Of a stretch of DNA of 64,000 bases, positions 57,660 through 64,000 are shown one piece after another. Source of the stretch: a virus (taxonomy: Duplodnaviria; Caudoviricetes). Below the pieces are notes generated by a model. The model was not told the origin of the DNA. It searched no databases and was given only the letters and a program-made list of their open reading frames with translations. The translations under genes and the position numbers were made by a program. The first letter of the stretch is position 1; every line of letters starts with the position of its first letter. Location of the stretch: positions 67,167 to 131,166 of IMG/VR virus record IMGVR_UViG_3300032007_000037; one strand, written 5' to 3'.

Positions 57660-60600
57660 TCATTTTCTACTCTTTTTCTTAATTCTCAGCTGTTTGTATA
57701 TTTCAGGATTAAGATTGCCAAAAGCTCCAGATAAAGCAAGTATATCTCTCCAGTTTTTATCTTCATTCTCTCTGCCAAGCTCGCTCATACCCTTGTAAAG
57801 ATTATTAATATTACTATATAGAGAATTGTACCAACCTGCCTCATTCTCCAATTTTTGTCTTGCAATATCTGCGGCTAAACTAGACCTATAGTGTCTAGCC
57901 TTATTAGCCATTTCAGCGTTATAAATAGAAGACTGTAGGCCCATATGACTATTTTGCAAATCAGTATTTCTATTGAAATCTGCTACTTGAGCTTTCTTAG
58001 TATCGTTGTACTCTAGAGCTTTTCTTCCTAACTCTGCACTGGCAATTTGATTATTATAGCTATTAGTAAGAATACCTGCCATTCTAGCAGGATTAGAAGA
58101 ATTAGTCAAAACCCTATCAGTAGCTCTTGAATTTTGATCAAGCCTGTTCTGCTCGTACCATATATCCAAGGGAGAATATTGAAGCTTGTCTCCTATTGGA
58201 ATATATGTAGATTGATTAGAAGCCTCACTAGCCATAGCAAGCGCAGAATCTAAACCTGAATAGTCGGGTCTGCCTATACCAGCAGTCATCATTGTCAATC
58301 CAGTAACAGGGCCAAATAATCCTGCATATCTTGGCCATTCTGCTCTATGTCTTGGTACTACATCCTCATCCTCACTAGTGATTTGGGGAGTAGGGGTGGG
58401 TGTAGTAGGGGTTAATACTTTTTGTTCTGATGTTGCCTCTGCTGGCCTGTCAATCCAACTGCCAGTATTCCAGTCCCATACTTTAGGAGCTTTTTCTGCG
58501 GCTTCTTTGGCAGCGTCTATCTCTGGAATGGAAAGTCCATAGAGAGTTCCATTATCATCCTTCCAGTTATCATTTGGAGCATAAGTCAGTCCTAGGTCTG
58601 CAAAGTCATCGACCAAGTCCTTGTAGTAGGCATCATCACCATAAGAAGTGCTACCAAAGTTTCTGATAGATGTCCTAGGGCCATTGTAGCCATCAAACCA
58701 GTTATCTGGCTTGTCTTCTGTGGCAGCGCCTTTTGGAAGATTGATTGCCTCTGCAATGAGATTCTTGATATTGCCATTGTCATCCTTGGTATAGAAACCT
58801 GTATTACCAAACAACCTGTCAAACAGTTTCTGGTGGTTAAGCACATCCTCACTGTACCCATAATTAGACTTGCCTATACCATTTCTGATATGGTCATAGT
58901 AACTTTGCTGAAGACTATTTAGTTCATTCATAGCATCTTTTCTGACAGCAGTCTTGGACTCTTCATCAGGAGCCATATCCAATCTCTGCCTGATATTCTC
59001 AATGTATCTTTTTAAACCAGGCTTGGTAAATACATCCCAGTGGTTCTCTTTGTCATTCTTCCAAGTACCTACATTCTTCTTGCTTCCTCCTTCCTCAAAG
59101 AGATTACCACCTTCTGCCATAACAGACTGATCCTCAACAATCTCTGGCTGTGTCATCTGCTCTTGTTGCTGAGCCATAGCAATCTCTTCAGGAGAAGGCT
59201 GTACTTGCTGTTGAGTCATAGCTTCCTCTTGTATAACAGCATCTTGAGCAGCTTGTTCTTGTGCTGCTTGTTGTTGCATTACGGCTACTTGTTCCTCAGG
59301 GGATAGAGATTCAAATGCTTCTTTAGCTCTTTTAGTCTCCATCTCTTGTTTCTGCCTCTCTTGCTCCTCTTGAAGAGTTTGCATTTGAGCTTTAAAAGTG
59401 GCCTGACTAATTGGATCATTGGGAGTTTCAGCTATATTCTTTTCAAGCTTTTTAGCCAAATCAGCATATGTTAAATCCTTCTTTTTACTAAGATTGAATC
59501 TTTCCTTAGTTGCATCGTCTACAGATATTCTATTAGAGAAAACATAATCATCATAGATTACCTCTCCTTCTTCAACAAGATTGGGTGTACCTTCTTGGTC
59601 TTTACCAATCTGAACCCCTTGATTAGGATTTTCTTCATGAGAACCACCTGCGTCTATGTGAGTTAATTTCGTAGGATAATCTCCTCCATGAGTCTCTAAA
59701 TCCCCGCCAAATGCAAGAAGGTTATTTACTGCGTCCAAGTAACCACCATAAGCATGTTTGAACTTACGGGCATTTCTAGCAAAAGTAATCATTTTCCTCA
59801 CTGAAGGATTACCTTCTGCCCATAATTCAGCCTCAGTCTTACCTGTCCTCTTCTTAAGAGCAGTAAGCCTGCCAGGATGCTTAATTTCTATCTTGCCTCC
59901 TTTAGCAAAGAAAGCAGGTGATACGCCTGCAAAAGGATTATCTAAACCTTCTGTATTTTTCTGATTATTTTTCATCGTAAGAAAATCGCTCATAAACCCA
60001 TAATCAACTGCACCCATATTAGTACCAAGTGGCCCACCAAATGCAGCAAAATTCTTTAATGCGTTTCTGTCCATATTAGTATCAACATTTTCAGCACCAG
60101 TAGCCAAACCATGAGACTGGATATTTAAACCAGTATTCTCTTTAGCTATAAGATTGTTTCCCAATCTAGTTCCTTTTGAAGTAAACCATCCGTTCTGATA
60201 AAGATCTTCCCAATTAAATCCAGAGCTTCCTATCATCTTACCAGCATTACTAACCAAAGACGCATTATCAGAAGAAGCAGCAAGAGTGTTACCGCTATTG
60301 ATAGCATTTTGAGTATTTTGTTTAATGAAATTGGTGTTTTCTTTATTTTCTTTTACACCGAACATTCTGGAGAATAGACCTCCAACAACACCAGAACCAA
60401 AACTTATAAAACCACCAACAGGACCAGGAATGAGAGAACCTATTTGTCCACCAATATTCTGAATAGAACTTCCTACTCCACCATCATCAAAACCTCCTCT
60501 GATTGCATCTCCTGCCACACCTCCAAGAGCAGCACCAACTGCTCCTATCGAAGGCAACAGTCTTACATTTCCAGATACATTAGGTTTGGAGGTAACTGAT

Positions 60601-60878
60601 GAAAGACCGTTAGCTTTTCTGAAATTCTCCAATTTACCAGCACTTGTTCCTATAGCTTTTGATCTCTCTACTCCATTGCTCCAATTAACTCTAGGGACTG
60701 TATTTGGCTTTGTGAGATTTATATTATTTATACCTAGATTTGAAGTAGAACTGAATTGAGTACCACCTAAAGAAGGTGCTAAATAACCTTGAGGTTTAAA
60801 TAACCCCCCTTCATCGAACACATTTCCAACGGCAGACTTATTCCACTTGTTTACTGTATATAGTCTATCTTTCTTCAT
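57660..60878 (-). CDS. virion cargo protein with repeated xxxGG motifs
   Basis: GGSHEENPNQGV..NLVEEGEVI..YVFSNR domain, Gln-rich linker and Gly-rich hydrophobic segments. Start re-called at MKKDRL, downstream of a promoter. Confidence 0.7.
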   Translation of the reverse strand: MKKDRLYTVNKWNKSAVGNVFDEGGLFKPQGYLAPSLGGTQFSSTSNLGINNINLTKPNTVPRVNWSNGVERSKAIGTSAGKLENFRKANGLSSVTSKPNVSGNVRLLPSIGAVGAALGGVAGDAIRGGFDDGGVGSSIQNIGGQIGSLIPGPVGGFISFGSGVVGGLFSRMFGVKENKENTNFIKQNTQNAINSGNTLAASSDNASLVSNAGKMIGSSGFNWEDLYQNGWFTSKGTRLGNNLIAKENTGLNIQSHGLATGAENVDTNMDRNALKNFAAFGGPLGTNMGAVDYGFMSDFLTMKNNQKNTEGLDNPFAGVSPAFFAKGGKIEIKHPGRLTALKKRTGKTEAELWAEGNPSVRKMITFARNARKFKHAYGGYLDAVNNLLAFGGDLETHGGDYPTKLTHIDAGGSHEENPNQGVQIGKDQEGTPNLVEEGEVIYDDYVFSNRISVDDATKERFNLSKKKDLTYADLAKKLEKNIAETPNDPISQATFKAQMQTLQEEQERQKQEMETKRAKEAFESLSPEEQVAVMQQQAAQEQAAQDAVIQEEAMTQQQVQPSPEEIAMAQQQEQMTQPEIVEDQSVMAEGGNLFEEGGSKKNVGTWKNDKENHWDVFTKPGLKRYIENIRQRLDMAPDEESKTAVRKDAMNELNSLQQSYYDHIRNGIGKSNYGYSEDVLNHQKLFDRLFGNTGFYTKDDNGNIKNLIAEAINLPKGAATEDKPDNWFDGYNGPRTSIRNFGSTSYGDDAYYKDLVDDFADLGLTYAPNDNWKDDNGTLYGLSIPEIDAAKEAAEKAPKVWDWNTGSWIDRPAEATSEQKVLTPTTPTPTPQITSEDEDVVPRHRAEWPRYAGLFGPVTGLTMMTAGIGRPDYSGLDSALAMASEASNQSTYIPIGDKLQYSPLDIWYEQNRLDQNSRATDRVLTNSSNPARMAGILTNSYNNQIASAELGRKALEYNDTKKAQVADFNRNTDLQNSHMGLQSSIYNAEMANKARHYRSSLAADIARQKLENEAGWYNSLYSNINNLYKGMSELGRENEDKNWRDILALSGAFGNLNPEIYKQLRIKKKSRK

Positions 60879-60900
60879 ATACAAAATACTATTTATAATG

Positions 60901-60952
60901 CAAAAATAAATCTTTACTTTCAGTAAAGTCCATAATTTAATTAAAAAGTAAG
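60901..60952 (-). promoter_or_regulatory. promoter of the cargo-protein operon
   Basis: On the minus strand: CTTA (60952), ATTAAA (60941) and TATTTTTG (60908-60901). Confidence 0.6.
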
Positions 60953-60984
60953 GGAGTGAAAGTTTTTTACTAACACTCCCTACA
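60942..60984 (-). terminator. intrinsic terminator after the tail gene
   Basis: Minus-strand hairpin gtagggagtg/cactcccttac followed by ttttt. Confidence 0.65.
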
Positions 60985-61011
60985 CTTTGCAATTAACTTA
61001 AACTAATAACA

Positions 61012-64000
61012 CTAATCAAAATATGTCATCACGACATCATGTATTTCTGTTCTCTTGGATGTATCATTCTTCTTCTCCAGTTTAAGATACAGCCAAGGAT
61101 TTCTCATTCTATCCATAGGATGTGCTTTTCTTCCATTGTTATCATTATCTCTAGGAATATCACATCTCCATATTCTAAACTTTCTCAACAGAGTGGAATC
61201 ATCACCATCGTGATGTTTATAAGGACTGTGGCCATCTTTATCTTTAAGATTAGTGTAGCCTTTCTGATACTCATTCCAGGCTTCTAACTTATCAAACGGT
61301 AAGAAAGGCTTGTGATTAATCCCTTCGTCTATACCCTCTCCATCTATTGAGGCCCTAAACTCAAGATTAGTAAATATCTTATCTACTTGAGGCTCAGGAT
61401 TACCTACAAGAGTTGTAGAGAAGGGTTTATAATTACCAAAGAATTTACAATAGTCACCACCTCTATGTAGCCATAAATCCTTTCCTTTCCACCACAATCC
61501 ATCCTCATCCAAACTACAGAAATATGGAGTATTCTCATAGCTATAAAATGATGTAAAGGCTCCAAGCTTCTCTGAAAATGCCAAACAGTGCTCTTTATTA
61601 ATAAAGAGAACATCTTGGTTTTGCCTGTCATAATAAGTTACAAAGTCCTCAAAAGATACAGGATTCCATTTCTTATTAGAGTAAATATTAGTCTTACACC
61701 ATGTATTAAATCCAAACTTATTAGAGAGGTTGTTCAGTTCACCGTTAAATAGATATATACCCTTATCATTAGAATCAATGAAATAAATACCTGAAGGAGT
61801 ATTACAGATAGAGTATTTATTAGAGCATCCTATAGAATTACTATAATATCTCTTTCCTTGAACCTTCTGAGAGTTAGCTATCTCAATGGGTACCCCTTCT
61901 GTAGAAGCTATCTGAACAGTTTCATTGTAGAGTATTTGAGATATACCGCTATCTTGGAAAGTAAAGAGTTGGTTATTCAATCTTTGTATAGACCGAATCT
62001 CTCCTTTACTGCCGTCCAGTTCTAAATTAGACGATAGTGTAATATTAGTCCATTGATCAATCTCAGCACCACTTTCTTTTGTTTTGGTAAATGTAATCAA
62101 GTTTGGAAATTTAAATACCTTGTCATCTTCCGTCTTTTTATAGTTAAAGAAGTTATCTTTCTGATTATATACAGGATTCATCAGATTAAAGTTCACAGGA
62201 GATATCATAGTGTTATCCCTTTGTCCTCTATTTCTATCCCATCTACCATCAAGATTAACATGACTCTCACACATAAAAGAGAATATCTCCACCATTTGAT
62301 TGGAGTCTTGATCTGAATACGGATAAGTTTTCAAACAATCATATCTTTGATAGAAAGTATCTCCTTCAGTCCATTTAAGTGTCATAGGAGATTCTGTATC
62401 AATGCTCTGTGCTTCTCCTCCTACAAGCCATCTGTTAGCTTGAACAGCCTGTATACCTTTACCTCCAAATATGTAACTTGGATCAACATCCTTATAAAGT
62501 TCTGCTAACCATAAAGTAGCATAAGGCTTACTGTTATTTAATGCAAGACTTCTATCAATCAGACTGCTTCTTATATCTATACCTTCCTGATTAAAGGCTA
62601 TCCTATCTCCCCAAAAAGTCTTACCACCAGTTCCTTCGTATTTTCCAGCATAAATCGTATCACCATTGCTATCATAGACAGCATATGGAAGAATATTTAC
62701 TTTATTATCTCCAACACTATAAGCAGGTAAAGACATAACAGCATGAGTGCCAGACTTATATCTCATTAGAACAGCACCTTGCTTATTTGCATTAGAGAAA
62801 TAACCTCTTGCATGAGTTCTCCATTTTCTATCATTAACAAGGGACTTGTCAACATTTGCATAATAGTTTACATTCAAGGGACTATCTTGTACTTGTTTTG
62901 ACAGTCGTAAGTTTTCAATAAATTCATTATTTTGTAAATGTACACAGGTTTCTGTTTTTCCAAAATCATACAACTTGATAGGAGTAGTATTTCCAGAAAC
63001 AGTACATTTATAAATACTATGAGTAGCAAAATATGCAGTATTGCAAGAATATAATAGCTGAGAAGAAATTTTGGTCTTAAGAACTGAAGAAGCACTTGAA
63101 TTACCTCTTGAATCGTTTGTAAGAGACCTTGCAACCTGCCAAGGATATATAAGGTAATGTGCTGCTTCAGGATAAGAGCTAACTGCCTTATCAGCTTTTA
63201 CATCTATCCATGCATCTTCCCACATATATTCAGCAATCATCCTATAACCTGCATCTATATTCTTATTAAGATAATAAGTATTAATATCAAGTTCTCCCCT
63301 TCCAAAATCTTTAGCCTCTTTAATATAGCCATTATCATCTTCTTCTGTTTGATAATCAAGAGGAATCATGGAAGAAGATGTAGTTATCTTATGGGAGGAG
63401 GCATTCGCAGTTATAGGTAATACACCTATAATACGAAGTTTGAGATTATCTGTTGGATAGTTTTGTACAATTGTATCAAATTCCAAGTCAGGAGAATTCA
63501 ACGTTACAATACTTTGATCAACAAAGAATTGAGTATTTGTATTTTCAGCATCCTCATTAATTGTAAGATCGAAAGGAGTATCATACTTTGTTACTGAATT
63601 TTGTATTTCAACCTCTTTTAACCTGTTACAGGTAGGAAGATAATATATCTTTGAAGTAGATGTACCGTCAAAAACATTTACTGTATCAATATCAGACATT
63701 GAATACAAGGAGGCATAATGGTTAAAAACTGCTACATTGCCTTTTTCTTTGTAAAGGGATATGGTATAGTCACCATAATGCAATCTTGCATCAATAAACA
63801 ACTGATATATAAGAGACTCATCTTTATATTTAAAATCACATTTTCGAAAACTTACATTAAAGTATACATTTTCTTCAGAACCTGTATATCTTAAAAGTCT
63901 ACAGAAATCATCAGCGACCACACCATCAGGAAGGGCATATCTTCTTACATTATTCTCATCAAAACCAGTCCAAAACCATAGCCTATACATCTTATTGTCA
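61012..64000 (-). CDS. tail stabilization/nozzle-type protein (crAss-like), 5'-partial
   Basis: GDTFYQRYDCLKTYP, YFIDS, FSEKLGAFTSFYSY, KIFTNLEF, RKFRIWR..IPR and RMRNPW motifs. The frame runs off the window edge. Confidence 0.75.
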   Translation of the reverse strand, partial: DNKMYRLWFWTGFDENNVRRYALPDGVVADDFCRLLRYTGSEENVYFNVSFRKCDFKYKDESLIYQLFIDARLHYGDYTISLYKEKGNVAVFNHYASLYSMSDIDTVNVFDGTSTSKIYYLPTCNRLKEVEIQNSVTKYDTPFDLTINEDAENTNTQFFVDQSIVTLNSPDLEFDTIVQNYPTDNLKLRIIGVLPITANASSHKITTSSSMIPLDYQTEEDDNGYIKEAKDFGRGELDINTYYLNKNIDAGYRMIAEYMWEDAWIDVKADKAVSSYPEAAHYLIYPWQVARSLTNDSRGNSSASSVLKTKISSQLLYSCNTAYFATHSIYKCTVSGNTTPIKLYDFGKTETCVHLQNNEFIENLRLSKQVQDSPLNVNYYANVDKSLVNDRKWRTHARGYFSNANKQGAVLMRYKSGTHAVMSLPAYSVGDNKVNILPYAVYDSNGDTIYAGKYEGTGGKTFWGDRIAFNQEGIDIRSSLIDRSLALNNSKPYATLWLAELYKDVDPSYIFGGKGIQAVQANRWLVGGEAQSIDTESPMTLKWTEGDTFYQRYDCLKTYPYSDQDSNQMVEIFSFMCESHVNLDGRWDRNRGQRDNTMISPVNFNLMNPVYNQKDNFFNYKKTEDDKVFKFPNLITFTKTKESGAEIDQWTNITLSSNLELDGSKGEIRSIQRLNNQLFTFQDSGISQILYNETVQIASTEGVPIEIANSQKVQGKRYYSNSIGCSNKYSICNTPSGIYFIDSNDKGIYLFNGELNNLSNKFGFNTWCKTNIYSNKKWNPVSFEDFVTYYDRQNQDVLFINKEHCLAFSEKLGAFTSFYSYENTPYFCSLDEDGLWWKGKDLWLHRGGDYCKFFGNYKPFSTTLVGNPEPQVDKIFTNLEFRASIDGEGIDEGINHKPFLPFDKLEAWNEYQKGYTNLKDKDGHSPYKHHDGDDSTLLRKFRIWRCDIPRDNDNNGRKAHPMDRMRNPWLYLKLEKKNDTSKRTEIHDVVMTYFD

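Noticed and set aside
46376-60992. Longer ORF-track starts for the portal (46421) and cargo protein (60992)
   Set aside because: The extensions overlap the predicted promoters and a terminator; downstream ATGs at 46376 and 60878 fit the shared leader length.
824-63420. Many 60-144 aa antisense or alternate-frame ORFs in the track
   Set aside because: They are shadows of long genes, with Leu/Phe/Ser/Ile-biased composition and no motifs or expression signals.
1-64000. Stop-codon reassignment (TAG or TGA), known in some crAss-like phages
   Set aside because: Genes up to 8 kb are uninterrupted in the standard code, and both TAG (portal) and TGA (helicase) end genes at sensible positions. The apparent breaks are explained by introns.
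1-64000. tRNA genes, CRISPR arrays, DGR/reverse transcriptase, integrase or invertible repeats
   Set aside because: None was recognised by eye and intergenic space is small. A dedicated scan was not run.

Overview
This is a 64-kb, AT-rich segment of a crAss-like (Crassvirales) phage of Bacteroidota, read in the standard genetic code. The + strand (1-43853) starts with a replication and nucleotide-metabolism module: SPFH protein, DnaB-like helicase, AAA ATPase, putative SSB, primase, rIIA/rIIB, uracil-DNA glycosylase, nucleases, dUTPase, retropepsin-like protease and family A DNA polymerase. A ~10-kb block of small accessory genes and gene stubs follows, then the virion RNA polymerase (DFDID) and a second large virion protein. 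The - strand (43992-64000) carries the portal, an inserted two-gene cassette, three ejection/cargo-type proteins and a partial tail protein. Three genes (rIIB, ung, polA) are split by group I introns whose splice sites can be placed to the nucleotide. Together the introns encode four homing endonucleases, two of them in the ung intron. The main unexplained signals are: (i) cysteines at the facing termini of the three giant virion proteins, including the only Cys I find in a 2730-aa protein, suggesting a head-to-tail chain; (ii) a fixed-spacing extended promoter shared by phage genes and intron endonucleases; (iii) repeated xxxGG motifs that divide a cargo protein into segments; (iv) a series of collapsed-gene stubs. 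Family assignments come from motif recognition only; no database searches were run.
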